IMG/VR virus record: IMGVR_UViG_3300030060_006882
Location: 10,703-74,702 of that record
Source of the DNA: a virus
DNA length: 64,000 nucleotides
Direction: 5' to 3' (one strand)
Shown here: in pieces, positions 17,483 through 27,436 of the stretch
Position numbering within the stretch: position 1 is the first letter of the stretch
Layout of the letters: the number at the start of each line of letters is the position of its first letter
Translations under genes and position numbers: made by a program
Notes under the pieces: generated by a model
Told to the model about the DNA's origin: nothing
Seen by the model: the letters and a program-made list of their open reading frames with translations, nothing else
The model's database searches: none

Positions 17483-20029
17483 CTATTCGAATAATGCCTC
17501 TAATGTGTTTACTTTTTCCGCATTCCAACCAATAACATCCAGTATGTTTTTAAGTGGTTCTAGAAAACTAGTGTTGAATTGTTTTTCATAATTAATATAT
17601 TGGTCCAATCCAAATTCTATAGGTATTGAACTCTTAAACGAAACGACTTGATCTCCTCTAGGACCAGAAACTGGATTTGGTTGTTTAAGATAGATAAATT
17701 TAACTTTATCTCCTTCATAGATAGTTTCATATTTTTTTGTCAATTTAAGTTGTTTAATTTTTCTATTATAGAGAAGAGCACCTTTAACTGCAATCGGAGT
17801 TCCCTTTGTGTAAATATCAGTTTTACATGAATACTTTGTAATACTAGAAACACCTCTAGGAAATGCTATGTCCTCTGGTGTGCTATTATAGAATTCATCT
17901 CTGAAATTTACAATCAAATTCTGGATAGTTTCTTCGTCTGTTGTAAGAATCAACCCAATACACTCTTTAAGTTTTGTTCTGACTATTGCAGGAGTTGAGC
18001 TTCGAGTAGTTTCAATTCCCATGATCTTTAACTTAGGCTTTTCATAACGAACTCCTTCGCTATCCCACACGTTAAGCATATATCTTTTCTTCGCAGTCCA
18101 GATACCACTCTCCGCAATAACTTCTCTGCCCATGTTCATCTTGTTTTTGTACGCAGACATCAAATCACAAAGTTCTTCGTATTTACTTTCAATGAATGGT
18201 ATGATTATTTTCTCTGATGCTTTGTCGAGGAAGTTTGTGATTTTCTCCACATCATTTCCATTAGGAATAAACTTGTCCACAAGATTCCCAAGCCTAAGAT
18301 AAACAGAATCGGTATCAGATGCCACAACATAGTCATAATTTTTAGTTCCAACATGATCATTTAAAAATCCATTTAGTTTATCTGCAATCCAACGAATACT
18401 TAACTGCCCTGAAGTAGTAATAGCTTCCGCCATATCTACATCATAGTAACGAAAATATTGATTACCAATCGCACCATAAGCAGAGTTCAATTGAATTTTT
18501 CTAACTAACTGAAAGTTATGATACTTAGTAATCTCATAATCCAAATCTGGATTATCTGGATCCTTCTCTTTTTGTTTCTGACACTCAATCATTTTTTGCT
18601 TGTACATACTACGTTCTTCATACATCGTTTCCATCAGTTCAGGAAGAAATCCATAGAAGTCTTTAGTATAACAAGTACCATTAGCTGCAACTGAATATCC
18701 CATAGATTTCATTTTCTCTATGTTTTCGTGACACTTCTTTGCATGAGGATCAGATGATCCTTTGAGAATATTATCAGGAGAAACTCCAAACGACATATCA
18801 GAATCTTCTTTGCGAAGAGTCTCTGGAGAGATGTTGTATTGCATGATCAAGTGTGGGTATAGTGAGTTCAAGTCAAACGATACAACCCACTCATGCCTTC
18901 CCACTATGGGATCTTTTACATATGCACCGACATACTGATCATTCTTTTGTCCTTGCTTCTTGGGTGGAATCACAATACCCTTATCTCTGAGGTAGTGGTA
19001 GATAATAGCATCCCAAGTTCTAACCTGAGAAAACACATCTTCATAATTCACCTTGGCTGCATATGCAAGTGCCATTGCAAGTTCAAGTAACTTTAACTTC
19101 TCTTCTAATTGCTGAATAAGAACAACGTCCTTGATGTTGTATTCGATGAACTTCTGGAAATCCTTTTTATAGAAGTCGCGTATTGAATCATACTCGGCGT
19201 AAGAAAGTTTACGCTCACCCAGCTCAACAAATGCAATGTGATCTAGTCTATAAGACTCCTGATTCACATAAGTAAATGTCTTATACAAATCAAAGTAATC
19301 TAAAATAGAAATACCAAGAATCTGATATACAAGATTCTTTTTTCCTTGCTTTTCAATATACTTATCACGCAATCTCTTCCAAGGAGAAAGACGCTTTGCG
19401 TGCTTTGGTTTCAGTACATGCTTAATTCTAGAAATCAAATAAGGAATATCAAAAAACTTAACATTCCATCCAGTTATGACGTGGGGTGGATCATTTTCCC
19501 ACCATTCTATAAAAGCTAACAGAAGATCTTCTTCATTGTCAAAACAGTAAGAAAACACATTACGTTCAGAAGTTTTAAACTGTCCTAAACCAAAAACATG
19601 AGTTTTCCCCAACATAGAAACTGTAATTGCAATTACACGCTCTTCTGGATTTTCTACACTAGGAAATCCTCCGTCACATGTAGTTTCGATATCCATGTAA
19701 CAGATAGGAATTTTACTCTGATCATATTCAACTTCTTTTGGAAAATAGTCTCCAATATATTGATAGACATAATCCGTATTACCATACACTGTAAAATTAT
19801 CTACATTTGAATATGTGTTTACAAAATCCCTACACTCGTAAATACTACCGGGAACAAACGGTTCTACGTATTCTCCGTTAAGAGTTTTATAGTCAGTTTT
19901 ATTCGACGATTTGACAAAGAGAGTAGGACGATAATGATCAACTCTTTTAATTTCTTCACCATTAGAAAATCCACGATATAAAATGCCATCACCAACGAGA
20001 GATACGTTGGTGTAGAAATTACGTTCCAT
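17483..20029 (-). CDS. 43: Family B DNA polymerase (T4 gp43)
   Basis: DIET exo I, DLNSLYP, KIQLNSAYG, DTDS and KKRY motifs. Confidence 0.97.
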   Translation of the reverse strand: MERNFYTNVSLVGDGILYRGFSNGEEIKRVDHYRPTLFVKSSNKTDYKTLNGEYVEPFVPGSIYECRDFVNTYSNVDNFTVYGNTDYVYQYIGDYFPKEVEYDQSKIPICYMDIETTCDGGFPSVENPEERVIAITVSMLGKTHVFGLGQFKTSERNVFSYCFDNEEDLLLAFIEWWENDPPHVITGWNVKFFDIPYLISRIKHVLKPKHAKRLSPWKRLRDKYIEKQGKKNLVYQILGISILDYFDLYKTFTYVNQESYRLDHIAFVELGERKLSYAEYDSIRDFYKKDFQKFIEYNIKDVVLIQQLEEKLKLLELAMALAYAAKVNYEDVFSQVRTWDAIIYHYLRDKGIVIPPKKQGQKNDQYVGAYVKDPIVGRHEWVVSFDLNSLYPHLIMQYNISPETLRKEDSDMSFGVSPDNILKGSSDPHAKKCHENIEKMKSMGYSVAANGTCYTKDFYGFLPELMETMYEERSMYKQKMIECQKQKEKDPDNPDLDYEITKYHNFQLVRKIQLNSAYGAIGNQYFRYYDVDMAEAITTSGQLSIRWIADKLNGFLNDHVGTKNYDYVVASDTDSVYLRLGNLVDKFIPNGNDVEKITNFLDKASEKIIIPFIESKYEELCDLMSAYKNKMNMGREVIAESGIWTAKKRYMLNVWDSEGVRYEKPKLKIMGIETTRSSTPAIVRTKLKECIGLILTTDEETIQNLIVNFRDEFYNSTPEDIAFPRGVSSITKYSCKTDIYTKGTPIAVKGALLYNRKIKQLKLTKKYETIYEGDKVKFIYLKQPNPVSGPRGDQVVSFKSSIPIEFGLDQYINYEKQFNTSFLEPLKNILDVIGWNAEKVNTLEALFE

Positions 20030-20058
20030 ATAGTCGCTCCTATTTTAGGACTATTATA

Positions 20059-20460
20059 TCAGACAGATTCCATCGAGTCAACCAAATTGTCCTCGAATAG
20101 CATGAGTTGATCATCGAGAGAAGAGATTTCCTTGTCTTTGATAAATGCCGATAACAGCACCATATAGTTGATAACATCAACCACTGTATCGTTAAAACTT
20201 TCGTCTTTTACGTGCATTTTACCAGCGTCTATAAAAGAAGATAGTCTACTCATCTTATCTGTAATTCGTGTCATGAAACCTTGTTCTGTAGAACAGATTC
20301 CCATAGACTCTACTCTGGTAAAATTGGCAAATGGTTCTTTACCATCATTGCCTGCATAATCTCTATTTTTTAGACTCATTAAGTCCTTTGCATCCTTACA
20401 AAGTTCTTCATGATATTTCAGCAATTCATCGCGTGTCATATTATACTCCTGTTGATCCAA
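20059..20460 (-). CDS. Nucleotide-modification-associated domain (DUF1599/Nmad1-like)
   Basis: KNRDYA..PFANF...RITDKMSRL...DESFNDTVVDVINY. Confidence 0.7.
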   Translation of the reverse strand: MDQQEYNMTRDELLKYHEELCKDAKDLMSLKNRDYAGNDGKEPFANFTRVESMGICSTEQGFMTRITDKMSRLSSFIDAGKMHVKDESFNDTVVDVINYMVLLSAFIKDKEISSLDDQLMLFEDNLVDSMESV

Positions 20461-21010
20461 ATCCGCCCTTGCGGTCTGTTTTATTTTTTGGTGCTTCTGT
20501 TTGTGCGTATGTAATATGGGAAATTATGTCATAAGGTTTCAATATCTCAACCTGAGCAATTCTATCTCCATGATTAATTTCAAAAGGTATATTTGTAGTA
20601 TTATATAATGCAACATAAACTTCATTGCAATAATCAGAATCAATAATGCCCTCTGAATTTATTAGAGTAACTCCATGCTTCCATGCGTTTCCTGATCTAG
20701 GATGTAATCGTGCAGAAAACTCAACTGGAATGTCAAAAACCATACCTGTAGGTATCAATGCACGACATTTAGGTCCAAGCATAAATTTACAATTAGGAAC
20801 ATCACTGTCAAAGACGACATCTGCAGAACTTTCGTGTATTTGATTATATGCATCATACCATTTAATAGTTCTAATTATAGGTGGAATATCCTCTGGAGGA
20901 ACAGCTCCTCGTAAATGAGCGTGAATGTCGAAACATGCCGATTCTGTTGTTGCTCTTTTTAGTGGTAATGTATTGGGATATAACTTATAAATCTTCATCG
21001 TCTCTGACAT
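20441..21010 (-). CDS. dut: Trimeric dUTPase
   Basis: ACFD, PRSG, GIIDSDY, GDRIAQ and RKGGFGSTG motifs. Confidence 0.95.
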   Translation of the reverse strand: MSETMKIYKLYPNTLPLKRATTESACFDIHAHLRGAVPPEDIPPIIRTIKWYDAYNQIHESSADVVFDSDVPNCKFMLGPKCRALIPTGMVFDIPVEFSARLHPRSGNAWKHGVTLINSEGIIDSDYCNEVYVALYNTTNIPFEINHGDRIAQVEILKPYDIISHITYAQTEAPKNKTDRKGGFGSTGV

Positions 21011-21042
21011 GAGTATAGGGTCTCCATAAACTTTGTTCTATA

Positions 21043-21070
21043 ATTATAGATCAAAATTGTAAATTGTCAA
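21043..21070 (-). promoter_or_regulatory. Sigma70-like promoter TTGACA-N16-TATAAT
   Basis: Perfect boxes heading the dut-43-uvsX-41-61-thyX operon. Confidence 0.75.
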
Positions 21071-21105
21071 GAAGTAATTACCTTCTAAACATTAATTATA
21101 TAAAA

Positions 21106-21858
21106 TCAACCGAATGCCTTTACAACAACTTTTCCATCCGCACCAGAATTACCCTGTACGCTTCCAGCAGTTGCGTGTTCTGATGCTCCACCACCAGCTC
21201 CACCACCGGGCGCAGACCCTGCATTTCCAGTTCCAGAACCAGAAGCATTTCCACCATTACCACCACTACCACCATTAGGAGAATCACCACCATCACCTCC
21301 ATCATACGCGCCGCTTTGCTGTCTTTTCAATTCCGCAGCCCCGCTCGAGGGGTTACTTGGTGCGTTAGTATTTGTTATGTTTCCACCTGAGGCAACACCT
21401 CCAGCATGAGCGTTTGTAGGTACGGAAATAATATCTATTCCCGATCCTGGTCCTCCACCACCTGCACTTGGACCAGATAAATCTACTGCACTTCCGCCAT
21501 CGGGAGTAATTGAATTCAAAGTAGTGTCTCCTCCAGCAGTGCCCGTACCACTAGGATGACGTATTCCACCTTCTCCAACAGTAAAATTTATAACGGCATC
21601 TTTAATTACACTAGTATTAAATATTCTATGTTTTACATAAGCACCACCACCTCCGCCTCCACCTCTGACGTGTACCGTAACACCTCTCTGACTTGTCGTC
21701 CCACCATCACCAGAACCACCACCACCACCAAACATCTCTATCTCAACATAAACAGTTCCCTCTGGAACCGTATAGTTTTGAGAACCGGTCGAGGTGATAT
21801 TAGTAGTCGATAAGACTTGGTATGCTCTTGTACTCGCTGCTCTACTTGCACCAATCAT
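21106..21858 (-). CDS. Glycine-rich tail-associated protein
   Basis: YTVPEG..VEIEMFGGGGG...GGGGGGAY...GADGKVVV Gly-rich domain. Confidence 0.75.
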   Translation of the reverse strand: MIGASRAASTRAYQVLSTTNITSTGSQNYTVPEGTVYVEIEMFGGGGGSGDGGTTSQRGVTVHVRGGGGGGGAYVKHRIFNTSVIKDAVINFTVGEGGIRHPSGTGTAGGDTTLNSITPDGGSAVDLSGPSAGGGGPGSGIDIISVPTNAHAGGVASGGNITNTNAPSNPSSGAAELKRQQSGAYDGGDGGDSPNGGSGGNGGNASGSGTGNAGSAPGGGAGGGASEHATAGSVQGNSGADGKVVVKAFG

Positions 21859-23552
21859 GAGAAGTTCAATCCACCTACAAATCCAAAGATATTAGATCCC
21901 CCGTCCGTTGTTAGGAAGGAAAGAACATCGACACCAGATGAAGTTAGCGATGGTGCAACATCACTTGGCCATTTAATTGCAGAAGCAAACGTTACTGTCG
22001 CAGATCCTCCATTTGTAATCACGAGAGTTACAGTCCCCGCTTTACCAGATGCAGGTGGGTTTGTGAAACTAAACTCACAGTTACCGTTAACAGTTACAGT
22101 TTGTACATTACCGTTCTCAAAGTTAACTGCGGTATTACCTGTAATAGTTCCAATGGCATTTACGTGTTCAGAATAGTCTTTAAGGTTTGATCTAGAAACA
22201 TCATTATCTAAAAAGTTTGTGGTTCCCTCTACTGCTAGATTGCCATCACAAGAAATACCGTTTGTAGATATAGTTCCATTTACATCAAGTTTCTGCTGAG
22301 GATCAGTTGTTCCAATACCAACGTTACCATCAGGATCAATTGTCATTCTTGCAGTATTGGCAGTTGCAAACTGAATACCGTGGGTATGGTTGCCCGCACT
22401 ACCGTCTGCTTCGATATAGAACATGTTCGATTCAGCACCCGAGAACTGTGATCCATCATCACCGAGAAGACCAATACTAGCACTAATAACTCCACCATCT
22501 TGTTCTAGTCGAATTAGTGGGTTATCATTCTCGTTGTTGTTGTCAGTATCTGCTTTAACTGTTAGAGCAATATCACCACTGTCTGTTACTAGCGTTACAT
22601 TATTAGTGAATGTTGCACCAGCAGCATCAAGATCACCTAAAGTTTCAATCTTACCATCAGTAAATGTGACACCATCTATAGTTGTTTCTGTGGCGGTTAA
22701 GTCAAGACCTGTATGATCACCAGCAGTTAATCTGAGTCGATTTGAGTCAAATCGCAAATGAGTGTCGCTATCGTTGATGTGAGTAAGGAACTGATTAATT
22801 TGCAAAGAATAAATGGGTATTCTAATTAATCCATTCGTCTTATTGAAAGAAGCAACTGCCACACCTTCTTGGAAAAAGTTAGCATATGCCTGATCTAACT
22901 TAAGATCCCTAGCAATGGTTAAAGTTCCTCCAGAGTAAACTTCTCCTCCAAATGTAGCACCACCTTCAACAGTGATACCCACCGGCACATTAACTCCAGT
23001 TCCAGTTATACTAGCCTGTGTAATACCACCTGCAACAAAATTCATAGTATTGCCGTCAGCAAAATTCACATAGGTGTCTGTATCATTCTTTGATCCTAGA
23101 ACACCACCACCTAGAATATTAACTATAGGAGCATCCAGTTTTATCCGAGTTGCAGCGTTTGCAATTATTTCACTGTGAGAATCTCTAATGCTTATATCAG
23201 TGAGATTTCCATCACTGCCAACATCACCTATTGCTACATTTAAACCACTCTGAATGTCAAAAACAGTTTGTCCAGAAGAATTTAAAATATTATGATTACC
23301 ACTAAATGTTATGTCACCATCAAAAGTCGCACCACCTTTGGAGGTTATTCCAGCAACAGGTAAGATCAGTGCATTTGTAGTAACATCTCCGGTAAGACCA
23401 TTAAATGAATCTACAAGAGCATCTCCAGTGTGACCATGTGTATCGCCCGATGCAACTTGTCTGTCCCAGGCGTAACCATTCCACGTCCATTTACTAGTTC
23501 CAATGGTGTGTACACTTACGTTCGCTATTAATCCTTCTGTCGGAAATGCCAT
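21855..23552 (-). CDS. Tail fibre-like protein
   Basis: MAFP..WTWNGYAW N-terminus; RMTI...GNVGIGTT.P..KLDVNG repeat; IKWP...P.LT..GVDVLSF C-terminal domain. Confidence 0.8.
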   Translation of the reverse strand: MAFPTEGLIANVSVHTIGTSKWTWNGYAWDRQVASGDTHGHTGDALVDSFNGLTGDVTTNALILPVAGITSKGGATFDGDITFSGNHNILNSSGQTVFDIQSGLNVAIGDVGSDGNLTDISIRDSHSEIIANAATRIKLDAPIVNILGGGVLGSKNDTDTYVNFADGNTMNFVAGGITQASITGTGVNVPVGITVEGGATFGGEVYSGGTLTIARDLKLDQAYANFFQEGVAVASFNKTNGLIRIPIYSLQINQFLTHINDSDTHLRFDSNRLRLTAGDHTGLDLTATETTIDGVTFTDGKIETLGDLDAAGATFTNNVTLVTDSGDIALTVKADTDNNNENDNPLIRLEQDGGVISASIGLLGDDGSQFSGAESNMFYIEADGSAGNHTHGIQFATANTARMTIDPDGNVGIGTTDPQQKLDVNGTISTNGISCDGNLAVEGTTNFLDNDVSRSNLKDYSEHVNAIGTITGNTAVNFENGNVQTVTVNGNCEFSFTNPPASGKAGTVTLVITNGGSATVTFASAIKWPSDVAPSLTSSGVDVLSFLTTDGGSNIFGFVGGLNFS

Positions 23553-23561
23553 TTATATCTC

Positions 23562-24995
23562 CTAAGTCTCTACCCAATTATCATCTAATCTTGTGTAAAG
23601 AATACCTGTATCAGTATTTAGGTGAAAATCTCCTGTAGCATAAGTCCCGGTAGCAACATCTGCAGAAACTCCAGAAAATAATCTAGGAACTTTACTCAGT
23701 CTAATAGAAACCCATCTACCATCATCTCTATACTCCCAATGATCTCCTGTAAAGTTTATACTGTCCGAAGATCTTTTCTTTATTATTCCATCAAGTAAAA
23801 TACCAACACCACCACCACCGGAGGATGCAGCATTAATAAACTTATTCATTAATTGAGAATTAATTTGTGGATCGTTACTGAGCAATTTCTCAAAGAATTT
23901 TTTATCAAGAGAAAACTCTTGTCTGTCTGGATTGTAAACAAGAGGATATTTCGAAGAAATTAAACCAGGATCTCCTTCATCCCCCTTGTCACCTTTATCC
24001 CCTTTAGGACCAATAGGACCCATCACACCGTCAATACCGCGGTCTCCTTGAATGCCGATATCACCCTTTGATCCCTTAGTTCCTTGTTCACCTTGAGGTC
24101 CTACAGGACCTTGATTTCCGATATCTCCCTTTTCACCCTGATCACCCTTTTCACCTTTGTCTCCTCGATCACCCTTTTCGCCACGAGGACCCATTTTACC
24201 GTCAACACCAGAAGGACCAGCGACACCCGGTTCTCCTTTGTCTCCCTTTGAACCTACTTCACCATTAACACCGTCTCTACCATCTTTACCATCTACACCG
24301 TCAACACCATCCTTACCATCAATCCCATCTTTTCCATCTACACCATCTTTACCCGGAGGACCAATAGGACCCTCTGGACCTATAGGACCGGGAGCACCAT
24401 CGTCACCAACTGGTCCTATAGGACCTGGAAGACCTTGAACACCCTGTTCTCCCTTATCTCCCATAGGACCTTGAGGTCCAACCACTTGCTCTGTAACTAC
24501 AGGGCTAACTGGTTCATGTTGAATATCATCATCTTGAATTACACGCTGCAAGTTTTCATTTATCTTTTTCCTGCTGCCGCGTATTTCGTACACTTCGTTA
24601 TTAACCTCTAAGAATATCTTAGATAGTCCATGATCCAAAGAGATAGTTCGATCAACCTCTTCTAGAAAACTTTCTCTGTATATTTGTGATGATTTTAAAT
24701 TTTCAATTTCAGGACCTGTCCATGCATATTCATTGCATCTTATGGACTCGTCATATGGAGAAAAATATTCATTAAAATCTTCTTTTTTAGAAACTACTTT
24801 TATTACTCGGTGATCCTCAGTTTCTAAATTTACCCCATTAGTAAATGAAGAGAATCCACCAGAATAATTACTCAATTCAACTATGTCATCATGAGTATCA
24901 TTAGTATTTTCTAATACTAGATTTTTTGTTAAATCAGAATTTATATCTTTTTTTAATATCCATTTTTTCATAGAATGTCCCAGATTATTATTCAC
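23562..24995 (-). CDS. Collagen-like protein
   Basis: About 57 contiguous Gly-X-Y triplets; start may be ATG at 24971. Confidence 0.85.
   Translation of the reverse strand: MNNNLGHSMKKWILKKDINSDLTKNLVLENTNDTHDDIVELSNYSGGFSSFTNGVNLETEDHRVIKVVSKKEDFNEYFSPYDESIRCNEYAWTGPEIENLKSSQIYRESFLEEVDRTISLDHGLSKIFLEVNNEVYEIRGSRKKINENLQRVIQDDDIQHEPVSPVVTEQVVGPQGPMGDKGEQGVQGLPGPIGPVGDDGAPGPIGPEGPIGPPGKDGVDGKDGIDGKDGVDGVDGKDGRDGVNGEVGSKGDKGEPGVAGPSGVDGKMGPRGEKGDRGDKGEKGDQGEKGDIGNQGPVGPQGEQGTKGSKGDIGIQGDRGIDGVMGPIGPKGDKGDKGDEGDPGLISSKYPLVYNPDRQEFSLDKKFFEKLLSNDPQINSQLMNKFINAASSGGGGVGILLDGIIKKRSSDSINFTGDHWEYRDDGRWVSIRLSKVPRLFSGVSADVATGTYATGDFHLNTDTGILYTRLDDNWVET
23967..24479 (-). repeat. Gly-X-Y collagen coding repeat
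   Basis: 9-nt periodicity; GPQGPM...GDEGDP. Confidence 0.9.
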
Positions 24996-25026
24996 ATTAC
25001 TGATATAAAATAAGATATACTATTAT

Positions 25027-26277
25027 TTATACTTTTTGTTTCTTTCTAGATTTGTACGTCTTCTTAGGAGTTTTCTTTTTATTTTGAGATTCCATTTGCT
25101 TTTTTCTCTCTTTTATTTGTTCCAATACTTGCTCGTATGATTTTTTATTGTCATGGATTCTTTGCTTGTGTTCTATTGGCAAAATTCCCGGATCAAATGA
25201 CAACAACTTGTTACAAGCTTGAAGTCCGACTTCAGGAAACCCTGCATAAAAAGCAGTAGCGGCAACTTCATCAAGAACAGCCCAACTATAGACATCATTT
25301 TGTATGAATAGTATGTCATGTTCTGGATAAGGAATCTCTGCTGCCATTCTAGCATAAAGATATGCGGTTGCATTCTTGTCTTTCATTCTATACAATCTTG
25401 ATAAAAACCACAGAGGTTCTGCTCTACTAGGTCTGTGATTGAAACAATCAAGAAATGCTTGTGCTGTCTCTTCTGTTGACCGTTCCAACATTCCTTTTAA
25501 TATAGCAACTCTCAAAAGAGAATAATAAACTTCCTCTGGCCATCCACCAAGTTCAACTCTAGCCTCATACGCATCCAGTGCTTTTTGCCATTGTTGAGAA
25601 TCAAAATAACTTTGTGCAAGATAGAACCGATATCTTTCATTTTTGGGTTCATCTACAAGTGCAGCCTCTAGAGTTTCTGCATCTCTTTTGTACTTATCAA
25701 TTGGATTTACTCCAACATTTCTAGCACCTTCAGTTCTAGCAATAACTCTATAATCACCCGTTATTTTACCAAAATTCATTTCTTCTCTTGGTTTACTAGT
25801 ACAGTCTGCATATTCATGAAGAACACCGATATAATTCCAATCGTGTTCTAATTTAAATATTTGATTTCTCCACCAACCAAATTCTGCTCTACCCATACTA
25901 ATTGCATATGCATCGGCATCCATCACATCAGGATATTTAAAGTTACCTTGCATATAATCATCTGCGTCAATTACCCACGCATAGTCAGCATCTGATTTTT
26001 GTGCATTACGCAAAGATTCTGTCCTTGAACCAGTTTTACCATTATGATCACCAAAACCCTTCCAATCAGACTGGTGTACTTCACCGGGAATATTTAACTC
26101 TTCCATAGTCTTCTTAATTAGATCTTGTGTACCATCAGTGGATCCAGTATCTGTAATATCATAGCGATCAATATACTTAGCCATTGATTTTAGACATTGA
26201 TCTATAATATGCGTTTCATCTTTGACAATCATGCATAATGTAACGGTTGGTCGGCTCATAATAACTCCATAATCCAA
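25027..26277 (-). CDS. GT2 glycosyltransferase with TPR domain
   Basis: LCMIVKDE, DTGSTDGT, IDADD, GVLHEY, then FYLAQSY TPR-like helices. Confidence 0.9.
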   Translation of the reverse strand: MDYGVIMSRPTVTLCMIVKDETHIIDQCLKSMAKYIDRYDITDTGSTDGTQDLIKKTMEELNIPGEVHQSDWKGFGDHNGKTGSRTESLRNAQKSDADYAWVIDADDYMQGNFKYPDVMDADAYAISMGRAEFGWWRNQIFKLEHDWNYIGVLHEYADCTSKPREEMNFGKITGDYRVIARTEGARNVGVNPIDKYKRDAETLEAALVDEPKNERYRFYLAQSYFDSQQWQKALDAYEARVELGGWPEEVYYSLLRVAILKGMLERSTEETAQAFLDCFNHRPSRAEPLWFLSRLYRMKDKNATAYLYARMAAEIPYPEHDILFIQNDVYSWAVLDEVAATAFYAGFPEVGLQACNKLLSFDPGILPIEHKQRIHDNKKSYEQVLEQIKERKKQMESQNKKKTPKKTYKSRKKQKV

Positions 26278-27134
26278 GTTTGTAAATCTACTTTAGGAAT
26301 CCATCCCAATTTATTCGAAATTTTATCAATTATTGCTTGGGTAGCAAAAACTTCTCCTGATCTCTCTTTTATATATGAGCTATTATCTGAAATCATTTTA
26401 GAAATTTCATTTATAGAATAACTTACACCAGATCCAACATTAAATAATTCACCTGAAATTTTATTTTTTTCTGCTGATGATATATTAGCCGAAACAACAT
26501 CAGAAACATGAATAAAATCTCTTCTTTGTTTTCCAGTTCCGGTTATAGTTAAAGGCAACCCCTGTTTTTTTTGTTTGAGGAACAAACCCAGTACTGGAGC
26601 ATAATTACCAGTACTATGTTGACGGTTTCCATATACATTAAAGTATCGTAAAATAGTTGTATGTAGTCCATATAATTTAGAGTACATTCTACACAAATCT
26701 TCACCTGCATATTTGGAACAAGCATATGGATTTAGTGTAGGAAGAACTTCAGACTCTTCACTTTGAACCATAAATTTACATTTGTAAATAGCAGAGGTAG
26801 AAGAAAATATAAAGTTTTTAACTTGATTATTTTTCGCTGCTTCTAAAACATTAATCATTGCTGATACATTAGTTTCATAACAATGAACTGGATTTTCTAT
26901 AGCATCCTGTATGCTAACATCAGCAGCCATATGAAATACATAATCAACACCCACCATCAATTCATTTACAAGTTTAGAATCAGAAATATCACCAATATAG
27001 TTATTGGCTAATTTATTCCAATGTCCATTTTCATTAATATCTAAACAAACAGTATCATATCCATCTCTCATCAACCTATCTACTAAGTTACTACCAATAA
27101 AGCCAGCAGCACCAGTCACAAGAACCTTTTTCAT
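26256..27134 (-). CDS. NAD-dependent sugar epimerase/dehydratase (GalE-like)
   Basis: TGAAGFIG, YACSK and LRYFNVYG motifs. Confidence 0.9.
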   Translation of the reverse strand: MKKVLVTGAAGFIGSNLVDRLMRDGYDTVCLDINENGHWNKLANNYIGDISDSKLVNELMVGVDYVFHMAADVSIQDAIENPVHCYETNVSAMINVLEAAKNNQVKNFIFSSTSAIYKCKFMVQSEESEVLPTLNPYACSKYAGEDLCRMYSKLYGLHTTILRYFNVYGNRQHSTGNYAPVLGLFLKQKKQGLPLTITGTGKQRRDFIHVSDVVSANISSAEKNKISGELFNVGSGVSYSINEISKMISDNSSYIKERSGEVFATQAIIDKISNKLGWIPKVDLQTWIMELL

Positions 27135-27436
27135 TACAAACTCCTAAAGTAAGTTTCCGAACTTACATTTTTATCATCAATAAACAAATCATATGCAGGC
27201 TTATTCAAGTGAAGTTCGTGGTATTTTACTCCCCACTCTTTAAACTGATTCTCTGTAACTTCTCGCCAGTCAATTCCAGTTATTACACCTCTTGATGTCC
27301 AATAAACAATTACATTTCCTTCATCATATAGCTCATTTATTCTGTCAATCCGTTTTTTAATAGGGATTGAATTTATATAATTTCTATCATCAGGAGACTC
27401 ACAAATAGTTTCATCTATATCAACATAAATTATCAT
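27134..27436 (-). CDS. Minimal HAD phosphatase (capsule-biosynthesis type)
   Basis: DIDET, WTSRG and KP..DLFIDDK motifs. Confidence 0.85.
   Translation of the reverse strand: MIIYVDIDETICESPDDRNYINSIPIKKRIDRINELYDEGNVIVYWTSRGVITGIDWREVTENQFKEWGVKYHELHLNKPAYDLFIDDKNVSSETYFRSL

Noticed and set aside
10228-20029. Introns or inteins in RNR, helicase or polymerase
   Set aside because: ORFs are continuous, of normal length, with no splicing motifs
24157-24438. Pro/Ser-rich plus-strand ORF
   Set aside because: Antisense shadow of the collagen Gly-X-Y repeat
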